A stretch of DNA of 54,932 nucleotides from a virus (lineage: Duplodnaviria; Heunggongvirae; Uroviricota; Caudoviricetes), in the IMG/VR virus record IMGVR_UViG_2939147180_000006, positions 1-54,932 of that record; one strand, given 5' to 3'. Of the stretch, positions 10,255 through 18,815 are shown one piece after another. The first letter of the stretch is position 1. Every line of letters starts with the position of its first letter. Below the pieces are notes generated by a model. That model ran no database searches, was not told the DNA's origin, and saw nothing but the letters and a program-made list of their open reading frames with translations. Position numbers and translations under genes: made by a program.

Positions 10255-10955
10255 CCCACCTTGCTGGATCCTGGGAAACAGGAAATTGGTAACGGATTAG
10301 GACGCGGAAAACGCAAACGGCAACCGCTTAGGCGGTGGCTGCATTTATCCAGCTTCGGATCACTGGTTGGATCGTCTTTGTCAGTAGCTACGGGGCCGCC
10401 ACTGTATCTGCAACCGTCGCCGCGATATTGCCACTGGCAAACGTCAGCGAGAATTGTGCGCCCAGGGATAACCGCTTTATCTGCATCAATTGGCGTTGAC
10501 AGTTCATATTGCACCTGGTCCGCTGTTTCTTCGCTCATCGCTTCAACGACGTAAAAAGATACAGCCTCAATAGATGGATCCGCATCTGGATTGCCGTTAG
10601 GGAAATTAACAGCATCCAGGTATTTTACTTCCACCTGGCGGCGCGTAACTTTCATTCCTCGCAGGTCGTTGAAATCGTTATTCATCCCCGTAATGAGTCC
10701 GCCAATGTTGGCAACAACCATCTGCGGGCGAGAATAAACCCCCTCGTTTTTCATTTCGAAGCCAGTTGCCTCAATCGGGTAGCTGTTGTAGGTAACACCC
10801 TTCCAGATAACCGGGCCGTAATAGCCATTCGCGCCGGAATGGAAGCGGATAACCTCGCCACCAAGGGGCGTGAGGTCTAATTCAAACAAGTCAATTACCG
10901 CGCCGACTCCGGCATCGACGGAATCAATAATCATTTCTGTAGGTATGCTGCGCAT
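10251..10955 (-). CDS. L: Minor tail protein L homolog
   Basis: 234 aa; segments TGFEMKNEGVYSRPQMVVANIGG and VTRRQVEVKYLDAVNFPNGN resemble lambda L; C-terminal Cys cluster. Confidence 0.8.
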   Translation of the reverse strand: MRSIPTEMIIDSVDAGVGAVIDLFELDLTPLGGEVIRFHSGANGYYGPVIWKGVTYNSYPIEATGFEMKNEGVYSRPQMVVANIGGLITGMNNDFNDLRGMKVTRRQVEVKYLDAVNFPNGNPDADPSIEAVSFYVVEAMSEETADQVQYELSTPIDADKAVIPGRTILADVCQWQYRGDGCRYSGGPVATDKDDPTSDPKLDKCSHRLSGCRLRFPRPNPLPISCFPGSSKVG

Positions 10956-11083
10956 TTTTTCACCTTGTCATTTTGTGATCGCCGTCACGATAAATCATAC
11001 CAAAACGGTTGATCGCGATTTTTACAATATGTATATTGTACTCAAAAGGAAGCATGGTTAACAAAATGGCGCGGAGGTGTGAA

Positions 11084-11239
11084 ATGGATGATAAGGTGTG
11101 GATGTTGAAGGTGTTCCTTACGGATGGCAGGGAAATGACTGTGGCCCAGTATAAAGATGAAGGCGAGGCACTTGCCGACGCGCTATTGCTCGCTGAAGAC
11201 GAACGCGTTTTGGGGTACAGGATCGAACCTGTCAAATGA
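11084..11239 (+). CDS. Hypothetical small acidic protein (51 aa), first gene of opposite-strand moron operon
   Basis: GGAGG RBS 6 nt upstream of ATG at 11084; table ORF 11009..11239 trimmed to RBS-supported start. Confidence 0.45.
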   Translation: MDDKVWMLKVFLTDGREMTVAQYKDEGEALADALLLAEDERVLGYRIEPVK

Positions 11240-11251
11240 GAGGTTAACGAA

Positions 11252-11602
11252 ATGCAAAAATATAGTTTAGAGGTATGGACTGATAAATGTGAATGGGAAC
11301 GCATGGGCCTGTTTGACACATATGATGCTGCGCGTGACGAAGGTCGTGAATTACTTCGCTGTTGGTCTAACGCTCGTGATTTTGTTATTACTCCTGTACC
11401 AGTGCCGGATAAGGTGGAAGACATGAACCCGAAAGATATTAACTTTAACGTCAATGTTGATTTTGCTGATTCTATGGATCAGTCTTGCCCTGGTGAAATA
11501 CACGCAAAAGGTTTCCCGGCTGACGATCCAGAAGCAAAACGCGAATACGTAAAAGCGGCGAAAGATTTCTGCATAGATAACCTGGGCGCATTCGATAAAT
11601 AA
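11252..11602 (+). CDS. Hypothetical acidic protein (116 aa), moron operon
   Basis: ORF with GAGAGG RBS; 12-nt spacing from upstream gene; no recognisable motif. Confidence 0.5.
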   Translation: MQKYSLEVWTDKCEWERMGLFDTYDAARDEGRELLRCWSNARDFVITPVPVPDKVEDMNPKDINFNVNVDFADSMDQSCPGEIHAKGFPADDPEAKREYVKAAKDFCIDNLGAFDK

Positions 11603-11611
11603 GGCGGCAAC

Positions 11612-11875
11612 ATGGGGAGGAGCAATCACGGCGATTATGTGTACACGTTGAAACAGGCCGCCCGCCTCGTCGGTTATCATGAACACGAATTTATTGATTT
11701 GCTGATTGAGCGCGGGATACTGTACCAGGTCTGTTTAACACTGTACCCAAAAGCGAAATACCTACAGGAAAAGTTATTCATCATCATGACGGATGAAAAC
11801 CAGGTAAATCATTCATTCGTTACTGATAAAGGCGTCAATTATCTGCGTGATAACTTACAGGACTGTATATGTTAA
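11612..11875 (+). CDS. Hypothetical protein (87 aa) with possible HTH segment
   Basis: ORF 9 nt after previous stop; segment YTLKQAARLVGYHEHEFIDLLIERGIL looks helix-turn-helix-like (inference). Confidence 0.45.
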   Translation: MGRSNHGDYVYTLKQAARLVGYHEHEFIDLLIERGILYQVCLTLYPKAKYLQEKLFIIMTDENQVNHSFVTDKGVNYLRDNLQDCIC

Positions 11876-12072
11876 AGTACGACGGTCAAAAAATGGTTAG
11901 GTTTACAGGTTTTGCTAAAGGTAACAATAGAGAATTAACAGAATATTACAGTTTAAATATTGGTGACGTTTACCGCGTGGAAATATGTCTGCCTTCAATT
12001 AATTCTTTAATAATTATAAATAAAGAAAATCAAGGCGTGCTTGTTACATTTAACGAAGTGGAGTTACCTTAA
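11869..12072 (+). CDS. Hypothetical protein (67 aa), moron operon
   Basis: ORF overlapping previous stop by 7 nt (coupled). Confidence 0.4.
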   Translation: MLKYDGQKMVRFTGFAKGNNRELTEYYSLNIGDVYRVEICLPSINSLIIINKENQGVLVTFNEVELP

Positions 12073-12162
12073 TCAATAAAGCGACGAAGTGATTGAAAAT
12101 GTTTTGGTAGTGGCTGGCGCGATTGCCATCGTTTATGCCTTTACGAGTTAATGGGGTGAATC

Positions 12163-12300
12163 ATGAAAGTCGAAGTTTTAGCACTAATTGCAATGGGCTT
12201 GATCGTCTTCGGTGTTCACGCTGCTGGTTGGGACTGGGCGGCAATAGCAAACAACATGGCGCACGCTCACCCAATGAGTTTGCTGTATATTCACTACTAA
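12163..12300 (+). CDS. Small hydrophobic membrane peptide (45 aa)
   Basis: Manually translated: MKVEVLALIAMGLIVFGVHAAGWDWAAIANNMAHAHPMSLLYIHY; below the track size cutoff; followed directly by terminator. Confidence 0.4.
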   Translation: MKVEVLALIAMGLIVFGVHAAGWDWAAIANNMAHAHPMSLLYIHY

Positions 12301-12304
12301 CAAG

Positions 12305-12334
12305 AAAAACCCCGCGCGAAGCGGGGTTGTTTTT
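12305..12334 (+). terminator. Rho-independent terminator (bidirectional) ending the L-M moron operon
   Basis: ccccgc-gcgaa-gcgggg hairpin followed by TTGTTTTT; A-run on the other side. Confidence 0.65.
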
Positions 12335-12530
12335 ATGCGCCATCAATCAGAAATAAAACTTCCTTCCCTTCCCTGGATCTGCACCCAACGTACCCATCGC
12401 CAACGTCGTGTAAATACCATATATCGCCGTTGTCAGCTTTTACAGTAAGGTCGTTGATCTCATAGTCGTCAAACAATGTAAAAGCGTCAGTTTTGTCAAC
12501 TACACAAGTCCCGTACATATCAACCCCCAT
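12333..12530 (-). CDS. Hypothetical protein (65 aa) immediately downstream of M
   Basis: ORF start overlaps M stop; no counterpart in lambda at this position. Confidence 0.35.
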   Translation of the reverse strand: MGVDMYGTCVVDKTDAFTLFDDYEINDLTVKADNGDIWYLHDVGDGYVGCRSREGKEVLFLIDGA

Positions 12531-12883
12531 TAGCCGACAACTTGCTCAAATGTTGCGTTTAGCGTGTATACAGGCCCATCTTTGGTCATGCTCCAGCTAC
12601 GGCAAACAAAAAGCCTTTGCACGTTATCCATTGATGGCGACCAGTAAAAAGCCTCGACAGCGCCGCGCGCCCTCAAGAATGCTTCTGCCTGGATCGCCAC
12701 GTTCCCTCCATCACCACATCCCGCGCTACTGCCTTTAAAAACCAGGGTGTAGCTATCAAGTAATGTGTTGATACCTTTTGCCTGCCTTTGCTCATAACCA
12801 TCACCAAGTTTAACGACTGACACATTTGGTTCCCTGGTCACGCTGTAGCTTCTTTGCGGCGTCCATCTGAAAACTTCCGGCAT
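12530..12883 (-). CDS. M: Minor tail protein M homolog
   Basis: 117 aa; FRW...LGDGYEQRQ...FEQVV resemble lambda M. Confidence 0.7.
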   Translation of the reverse strand: MPEVFRWTPQRSYSVTREPNVSVVKLGDGYEQRQAKGINTLLDSYTLVFKGSSAGCGDGGNVAIQAEAFLRARGAVEAFYWSPSMDNVQRLFVCRSWSMTKDGPVYTLNATFEQVVG

Positions 12884-13053
12884 GATTCCCCCTATAAGTT
12901 ACATATTGCATACATCTTTACGCGCTTCTACGCGAAAAATGAGAACTTTGTCACAAGAATTATACCCAGTTTACGAAATGGCTTCACACATGACGTGCCA
13001 AGTTGTATATAGAAATCAAGAAGAGAGAGCAGTACAAGCAAAGGAGGTCAAAT

Positions 13054-13209
13054 ATGGAACGCTATGTGGTTGTAATGCTGAACAAAGCATTCGAACAGGT
13101 GGAAGTTGCGATTGTGAAGGGATTTGATGATGCATTCAAATACGGTCAATTCATGATGAATGCAAAAGAAGATGAATACCGTGATTTCTTCCTGAAAGTG
13201 GTCAACTGA
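13054..13209 (+). CDS. Hypothetical protein (51 aa), second moron operon
   Basis: AAGGAGG RBS upstream of ATG at 13054 (table ORF 13003..13209 trimmed). Confidence 0.45.
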   Translation: MERYVVVMLNKAFEQVEVAIVKGFDDAFKYGQFMMNAKEDEYRDFFLKVVN

Positions 13210-13229
13210 TTGATTGCGTGGGGTGAGTT

Positions 13230-13484
13230 ATGAAATTGGTGGCGATTGGCAAAAACCTGAAAGCACAGAAAAACGCCCAGGACCGGATAATCAAAAAGGG
13301 CAAGTCTTTATTAAATGCTTTCCTGAAAAAAGAGGCCAACCCCAAAAAATTACGCGATGGCTACGGTTATAAATTTGACATCAACCCCGATTGGCGGTTA
13401 TTCAGCGAAGATTTAAAGATGTGGTTAATTATTGACCATCTGGAATACAACCGCCACTGTGGAGTAAAAGGGGCACATAAATGA
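13230..13484 (+). CDS. Hypothetical basic protein (84 aa)
   Basis: ORF with GGGGTGAG RBS; lysine-rich. Confidence 0.45.
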   Translation: MKLVAIGKNLKAQKNAQDRIIKKGKSLLNAFLKKEANPKKLRDGYGYKFDINPDWRLFSEDLKMWLIIDHLEYNRHCGVKGAHK

Positions 13485-13603
13485 GGTGAAATATGGATGA
13501 CGATAAATTCACCTGGAGGGATATCTGGAACATCTGGCAGGTGATGTTTGCTCGCAGCTATATAGCAAGAAACGGAAGATTGTGATTTGCGGAGGAAAAT
13601 AAA

Positions 13604-13780
13604 ATGAAAAACCCGGCAAATAAAAGCAATGTAAAACGTATGGCATGGATCGTAAAATGGATGGATAGCAAAGGCGAGACATACAAAGAACCGTTTTTCA
13701 GATACACAGATGCCGTATTCGCAAGAAGTGTAAGAGGAGGGAAAATTGAAAGAGGATATACAAGTTTTGAGAATAACTAA
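13604..13780 (+). CDS. Hypothetical protein (58 aa)
   Basis: Manually translated MKNPANKSNVKRMAWIVKWMDSKGETYKEPFF...; GGAGG RBS 8 nt upstream; followed by terminator. Confidence 0.4.
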   Translation: MKNPANKSNVKRMAWIVKWMDSKGETYKEPFFRYTDAVFARSVRGGKIERGYTSFENN

Positions 13781-13785
13781 AAGAT

Positions 13786-13810
13786 AACCCCGGCATTGTA
13801 CCGGGGTTTT
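13786..13810 (+). terminator. Rho-independent terminator (bidirectional) between moron 2 and tape measure gene end
   Basis: aaccccgg-cattgta-ccggggtttt hairpin with T-run. Confidence 0.6.
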
Positions 13811-13812
13811 GT

Positions 13813-16161
13813 TTATTTGCGGCGCGGTTGCAACATTCCTCCCGGTCGTTGCGATTCCCTTGCCATCATTTTCATTGCTACGCGTTCCATCGTCTGTTCA
13901 AGTCTGCGACTGTCTTCGTCACTAAATCCGTTTGTGGTCTGTACGGTGATGTTAACAGGCATATTGATGCCGCCACCATTGAAGAGATCACGGCCAGGAA
14001 TTACTCTACCATTCTCGCCGGGAATCATATACTGACGCCCGTTGCTCGTCTGGAATAGTTCCGGGATCCCGTGCTCACCTACGCGATACAGACTTCCACC
14101 ATTCACAGAACCACCATTATAACGCCCGCCGCCAAAAATTGATGTTGCCAGCGACATGATCGCAGAAAGTGCCGCAGCACCAGCCGCAGCCCAGCTACCA
14201 CCAGTTGACGCAGCCGTTGCAGCCGCAGCCGGGGCCGCCGCAGCCGCAATCTGGCCTTGCGCCGCCACAGCGCCAGCAGTTGTACTTGCCTGGGTAGCCT
14301 TGCTTTGCGTTTCCATCATCAATTGATCTGCTATCCAGTTAGCGGCAATCTCTGATAGTTTGTTACCAACGGTATTGAGGATACTGCTTCCCAGGTTGGC
14401 GAAAACCTCGCTTAATGATTGAGTACCGTTTAACAGGCCGGTGAGCGCATTACCCATGCCACCTTTTAGGCCACTAACACAAGCACCAATCAGGCCGTTT
14501 GTGTCGCTTTGTGCCTGCCATTGTTCCCATTTCAGATCTCGGATCTGTTGTTCGTATTCCAATTGCGCCTGTCTCTGTTGCGCCTCTGTAGCGCCCAGGT
14601 CCAATAGCATTTGTTTTCTTACAGCCCATTCATTTTGCGCCTGCTTGATTGGGTCAATTTCGCCCTTAAGCTGGTCCATCGGGCTAACTATGTGGTCCCA
14701 TTTGTCGCGTAGCTCATCAACGGGGATTTGCGCCAATTCGTCCTTCAGTTCCTTTCCTATCCCTTTCTGCGCGGCCTTGTACTCAAGGAGGGTTATTTTG
14801 CCCTGGGCGAATGCAGCATCAATGGCCTTGCCGTTCTCTAATGCTTTGCGCATAGCGGCGGCGTCCTTGTTGTATTGGTCAGATACGTTTATGCCTTCAT
14901 CGCCAAGCCGATCAGCTTCAGATTTCTTGTCTTTTTTGCCATTTTTCCCTTTTTTGGGCTTACCAACTGGCTGATCGAATCCTGTAATCTTGCCGTCGTC
15001 AGCCTCACCCTGTTTCTGCATGAACTCGTCATAGGCTGCTGTGGCTTTTTCTATGTCATTCTTGAATGTCATAAATTTGCCAATGGTGGGGCCGAATTTC
15101 TTTTCGTTGTTGCTGTTTAGCTCTTCCTTGCGCTTGTCAATGATCTCCTTCATCCATTTGTAGCCATCCATTAGCGCTTTGATTGGCGTCACCATTCTGA
15201 TGATTTCTTCCGCCACCTCACCCGCCTTAATAGCAACATCGTCAAACATGTCGATGAACTCACTACCAGCGGTTTTCAGTGTATTGAAACAGGTTGCGGC
15301 GAATTTTGCGCCTTTACCTAACCCCTCAACGCCACCAGTGATTAAGTCTATTGCTGACACAACGCCGTCAGATATGCCGAAAAGATCATCAAGCTGCTCG
15401 ACAAGTCCCATCACCTCCACTTTAAGCTCGTTAAAGGCCATGCCGGATGTGCGCGGCAACTGTGCGAACTTCTCGTTTGTTTCCTGCGTGGCGGCCTGGA
15501 TCGCGTTGAGCATCCTTTCAGCCGTGATCTTGCCGTCCAGCATTTCGGCGCGGAACTGGCCCATTGACAGCCCCATTTGGCGGGCCATTTCCTGTATGAT
15601 TGTTGGGGTATTGTCACGTATTGAGTTAAATTCTTCAGCCTGCAACACGCCAGCATCAATAGCCTGGCGGAACTGGCGCATGGAGTTTGATAGTTGTTCC
15701 GCAGACACGCCGCCCAGGTTGCCAAGTTTTTGCAGCGTGCTGACCAGGTTGAGTACCTGGCCTTCTGTGGCGGATGTGTTTTTTAGCGATATGGCAAGAC
15801 CTTGCCACAGGTCGCCAGTATCCTTAAGGCTTTGCCCTGTTTCTTTTGATATATCTTTCAGTCTGTTGAAAACACGTTCCGTGGCCTCCGCTTCACCTGT
15901 AAGCAGTTTGATTTTTACGCGAAGCATTTTAGCTTGTTCCGCCATGTCAATAAACTGGCGTACAGCCTCCGCAGCAAGTAGCAAATGGATAACCCTGGAC
16001 AGTGCTTTGATTGAAGTCTTAAGCGTGTTCACCTGGCGGTCAGCGCGTTTTGCGCCACGCTCGATGCTGTCAAAAGCCTGGTCTGCCTGTCGTTGAGCAA
16101 CGAGAAGTTGACCAGTTTTTGCATCAACTTCGTAATAAATTGTGCCTAAACTAGTTGCCAT
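13813..16161 (-). CDS. H: Tail tape measure protein (lambda H-like)
   Basis: 782 aa, coiled-coil-rich, Gly/Ala-rich segment and C-terminal GGGR...NGG region as in lambda H; position between chaperone and M. Confidence 0.8.
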   Translation of the reverse strand: MATSLGTIYYEVDAKTGQLLVAQRQADQAFDSIERGAKRADRQVNTLKTSIKALSRVIHLLLAAEAVRQFIDMAEQAKMLRVKIKLLTGEAEATERVFNRLKDISKETGQSLKDTGDLWQGLAISLKNTSATEGQVLNLVSTLQKLGNLGGVSAEQLSNSMRQFRQAIDAGVLQAEEFNSIRDNTPTIIQEMARQMGLSMGQFRAEMLDGKITAERMLNAIQAATQETNEKFAQLPRTSGMAFNELKVEVMGLVEQLDDLFGISDGVVSAIDLITGGVEGLGKGAKFAATCFNTLKTAGSEFIDMFDDVAIKAGEVAEEIIRMVTPIKALMDGYKWMKEIIDKRKEELNSNNEKKFGPTIGKFMTFKNDIEKATAAYDEFMQKQGEADDGKITGFDQPVGKPKKGKNGKKDKKSEADRLGDEGINVSDQYNKDAAAMRKALENGKAIDAAFAQGKITLLEYKAAQKGIGKELKDELAQIPVDELRDKWDHIVSPMDQLKGEIDPIKQAQNEWAVRKQMLLDLGATEAQQRQAQLEYEQQIRDLKWEQWQAQSDTNGLIGACVSGLKGGMGNALTGLLNGTQSLSEVFANLGSSILNTVGNKLSEIAANWIADQLMMETQSKATQASTTAGAVAAQGQIAAAAAPAAAATAASTGGSWAAAGAAALSAIMSLATSIFGGGRYNGGSVNGGSLYRVGEHGIPELFQTSNGRQYMIPGENGRVIPGRDLFNGGGINMPVNITVQTTNGFSDEDSRRLEQTMERVAMKMMARESQRPGGMLQPRRK

Positions 16162-16200
16162 GATTTAACCTCATACGAAATGTGATCCATGTCTCTATTT

Positions 16201-16241
16201 TATACAAAATGGCTTCATTTCAACGAGTACATTTTGTATAA
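16201..16241. promoter_or_regulatory. Inverted-repeat motif TATACAAAATGG-N17-CATTTTGTATAA (candidate operator/promoter element)
   Basis: Read directly; the same half-site recurs in several other intergenic regions. Confidence 0.4.
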
Positions 16242-16318
16242 AGAAGATAAAGGAAAGGGATAGAGCGAAAGGATTTAAAAGGCCGGATTAACCGGAGGAA
16301 GCAAAAGAGGATAAGAAA

Positions 16319-16405
16319 ATGAAAAACTACTACCGACCCAACGAGCATGAGCGTTATACCGACTTCATCGAAGAAATGCTTAAAGCACTTAAAAATAAAA
16401 ACTAA
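16319..16405 (+). CDS. Possible small ORF (28 aa) at head of third moron operon
   Basis: AAGAGG RBS then ATG; MKNYYRPNEHERYTDFIEEMLKALKNKN; very short, uncertain. Confidence 0.25.
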   Translation: MKNYYRPNEHERYTDFIEEMLKALKNKN

Positions 16406-16417
16406 GCGGGGTGAGTT

Positions 16418-16768
16418 ATGAAACGGTTAATCAAAGCGGCGATGATGGCGGTAATGGTATGTTTAGCATTCAACGCCAACGCAGATAACAAGATTGATAA
16501 AGCGGAGCATGAATGCGCATTTGCCGCAGAAATATACGACTTAAAATACGGTGACGGTATGGGATACCTTGAGATTGTATATGACGCAGCTTGCAGGTAT
16601 AGGGCGGTAGTCCCGTTCCTTGGTGATGAAATTGCCGAAAAATTTAAACTGCACGAAAAATACAAAGATTTGGTAGACGGCATAAATGAACCTGAGCTAC
16701 TCAAAGCGGTTCGTGACGGCGAAGTTAAAGGATTCGCAATCCACCACAGAGTAAAGGCAGGCGTGTAA
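16418..16768 (+). CDS. Hypothetical secreted/periplasmic protein (116 aa) with N-terminal signal peptide
   Basis: N-terminus MKRLIKAAMMAVMVCLAFNANA has n/h/c-region signal-peptide character; RBS GGGGTGAG. Confidence 0.5.
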   Translation: MKRLIKAAMMAVMVCLAFNANADNKIDKAEHECAFAAEIYDLKYGDGMGYLEIVYDAACRYRAVVPFLGDEIAEKFKLHEKYKDLVDGINEPELLKAVRDGEVKGFAIHHRVKAGV

Positions 16769-16876
16769 ATGGAAACAATCAAAACTGTTATAGATGTATA
16801 TATTACAGCATGGTTAGCATTTAATATAATGGCTGTGCTAGTGCTGGCAATGACAACAGAAGATAAACGTAATTAA
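16769..16876 (+). CDS. Small membrane peptide (35 aa)
   Basis: TAAATG stop-start overlap with the previous gene; hydrophobic core ITAWLAFNIMAVLVLAM. Confidence 0.35.
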   Translation: METIKTVIDVYITAWLAFNIMAVLVLAMTTEDKRN

Positions 16877-16886
16877 GGAGTTCATC

Positions 16887-17189
16887 ATGGAAATGGTAAT
16901 TTTCTTTTGCGGATTCGTGGGAACTATGATTGTTGCCCAGAAAAGACATCTTAATATGCTCATGGCATTCATTGGCGCACTGATTTTTTGGCCTGCCGTA
17001 TTGATTTACGCACTGTGCGTTAACAAAAGGATGTTTAAACACTACGTCGATGCGGTGACTTTCGTAAGCATGGAGTTCCCTAACGCAACTGACGTACAGA
17101 AAGCACAGGTTGCAACTTACCTTTACGATAACGTGTACGATATTCATGACCTGGATGAGGCAAGATGCAGATTTGCAGCATACAAATAA
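16887..17189 (+). CDS. Hypothetical membrane protein (100 aa, two predicted TM segments)
   Basis: AGGAG RBS; hydrophobic segments VIFFCGFVGTMIV and LMAFIGALIFWPAVLIYAL. Confidence 0.5.
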   Translation: MEMVIFFCGFVGTMIVAQKRHLNMLMAFIGALIFWPAVLIYALCVNKRMFKHYVDAVTFVSMEFPNATDVQKAQVATYLYDNVYDIHDLDEARCRFAAYK

Positions 17190-17197
17190 AGATAAAG

Positions 17198-17222
17198 GCC
17201 CGGTTAATTCCGGGCTTTTTCT
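17198..17222 (+). terminator. Rho-independent terminator ending third moron operon
   Basis: gcccgg-ttaatt-ccgggc hairpin followed by TTTTTCTT. Confidence 0.65.
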
Positions 17223-17923
17223 TGCTCGCGTTTTTTCATCAATTCCAGCACCCTTTTAGCTGCCTCCATTTGCTCCTCATAATCACGTTTATTTATGTGA
17301 ACGCTTGGCTTACTTACCTCGTTTCTTTCGTCTGGTGGCGTTTTAGCGCGTACAGCTGCCCTGTATCCGGTCATTGTCATGCCCCACGCTTCTGACTCAG
17401 ATAACCCCAGGTGAGCAACGGCAGAATAAACAAACTCGAGGATATCAAATGTCGGCTTGTACTCGCCTTTCTGTGTTGCGCCCGTGTCCTCCTCTGGACC
17501 GTCACCAATTAAACCGTGATACATGCAGTGTTGCGCCAGTGTGATAACGTCACTGGTAGGCATCAATCCGGGTTTTAGTCTCAACTTACCCGAAGGAGTA
17601 AACCTGCATTCGCCCAATAACGGGCCTATTTCTTCCTCTGAGCAACATCTCAGTATGTGGATGGATGTTTGCACTAACTCACCATAACAACGCGCCATAA
17701 TGCGATTACGGAGGTCTGGATCCGTTGGCAAACGCTGTGGATATTTACCACCGTGCACAGTTGCGAAATATTCAACCAGTTCCCTGTCACTGCCGATTTT
17801 AGCCATTGCAGCAAAGCAGGGATTGAATACATACCGCCTGCCATTGACTACAGCCGCAAATTGTCCGGCTCGAACATGGATCATAGATGTCACCTTAAAA
17901 ATAAAGGGGCCAAACGGCCCCAA
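17204..17923 (-). CDS. Putative tail assembly chaperone (G/GT position)
   Basis: 239-aa ORF between major tail and tape measure genes; assignment by position only; true start may be internal. Confidence 0.4.
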   Translation of the reverse strand: MGPFGPFIFKVTSMIHVRAGQFAAVVNGRRYVFNPCFAAMAKIGSDRELVEYFATVHGGKYPQRLPTDPDLRNRIMARCYGELVQTSIHILRCCSEEEIGPLLGECRFTPSGKLRLKPGLMPTSDVITLAQHCMYHGLIGDGPEEDTGATQKGEYKPTFDILEFVYSAVAHLGLSESEAWGMTMTGYRAAVRAKTPPDERNEVSKPSVHINKRDYEEQMEAAKRVLELMKKREQEKARN

Positions 17924-17938
17924 TGTTAATATTTATTG

Positions 17939-18415
17939 TTACATCGACGGAACGTCGCTAACTGTGACCTTGCCAGCGCTTTCGCACTCAATGGACCAGG
18001 TAGACACATCGTCATGCGGATCTTCTTCTTTAAAGGAAGTGCAAAGAAACGGGCCTTCAGTCACATCAAGCGGAGAAACAATTTTTAACCACACGATCGG
18101 CTGAGAACCAGTTACCTCACCAGGGTTAATAACGTGGCGTTTCAACTCTTTCTGATTGTGAAGCGCTTCTGTGCGGGATACTCCGTCACCTGAGAAAGAA
18201 ACGGATTTGTAAGTAACCAATGATTCTTTGGTGTAGTCTGCTGATTTATCAGCGGTGGCGTCTGCGGTTTCCCATTCCACGGAAAGGGATTTGCCACGCA
18301 TCATTCCTAACGCTTTATATGCGTCGGTTTCAGGTTTCGCATTAGGGCAAGCGATAGCGTAGAATACAGCAACGTCGCGGCCTAAAAACGAACCCTTTTC
18401 GCAAGTCTGAGACAT
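17939..18415 (-). CDS. Major tail (tube) protein
   Basis: 158 aa at the canonical position upstream of chaperone and tape measure; no C-terminal Ig-like extension. Confidence 0.55.
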   Translation of the reverse strand: MSQTCEKGSFLGRDVAVFYAIACPNAKPETDAYKALGMMRGKSLSVEWETADATADKSADYTKESLVTYKSVSFSGDGVSRTEALHNQKELKRHVINPGEVTGSQPIVWLKIVSPLDVTEGPFLCTSFKEEDPHDDVSTWSIECESAGKVTVSDVPSM

Positions 18416-18428
18416 GTTTAGTTACCTC

Positions 18429-18815
18429 TTATCTAGATATGATGGTTTGGAAAGCTACGGTAAAAATAAAGCGCCCTTCTCTTGTCTGCATTGCAGGAAT
18501 AGCGCCAACTGGCTTCATGTGTGTAATTTTATCAGTTTTGTATTCGGTTATCATACTTTGACGTATTGCATCGGCGAGATCTTCCACCTCACTGATATTT
18601 GCGTCATTACGCGCTGAAATAACCAGGATGCGGAAATAATCACGGGTTATTGCTTCTTCACCAGCCGCCCCGCCGTTTTGCTGTATGACAATGTATCTGC
18701 TGTTATTCGAATTGGATCGCTCATTCCAGAAACGGGCCTGCAAAATATAGCCTTCATCGTACCCGTGGGATTTAATCCAATCCCTTATTTCGTCGTATAC
18801 TTCGCTGCGTTTCAT
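18429..18815 (-). CDS. Tail terminator / tail completion-type protein (U position)
   Basis: 128 aa, position between head-tail joining genes and major tail gene. Confidence 0.4.
   Translation of the reverse strand: MKRSEVYDEIRDWIKSHGYDEGYILQARFWNERSNSNNSRYIVIQQNGGAAGEEAITRDYFRILVISARNDANISEVEDLADAIRQSMITEYKTDKITHMKPVGAIPAMQTREGRFIFTVAFQTIISR

Noticed and set aside
10960-11454. 164-aa minus-strand ORF between L and M
   Set aside because: Ser/Ala/Thr-rich low-complexity translation lying antisense to plus-strand genes that have clear RBSs and a terminator; more likely non-coding on this strand.
14441-16096. Plus-strand ORFs inside the tape measure gene (14441..14974, 14875..15120, 15179..16096)
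   Set aside because: Antisense to the 782-aa tape measure ORF; Ser/Cys/Pro-rich composition typical of antisense frames of Ala/Gly-rich genes.
17204-17923. Programmed -1 frameshift (G/GT-type) in the tail chaperone gene
   Set aside because: Only a single continuous ORF is present; without identifying a slippery heptamer and a second overlapping frame I cannot support a frameshift call.
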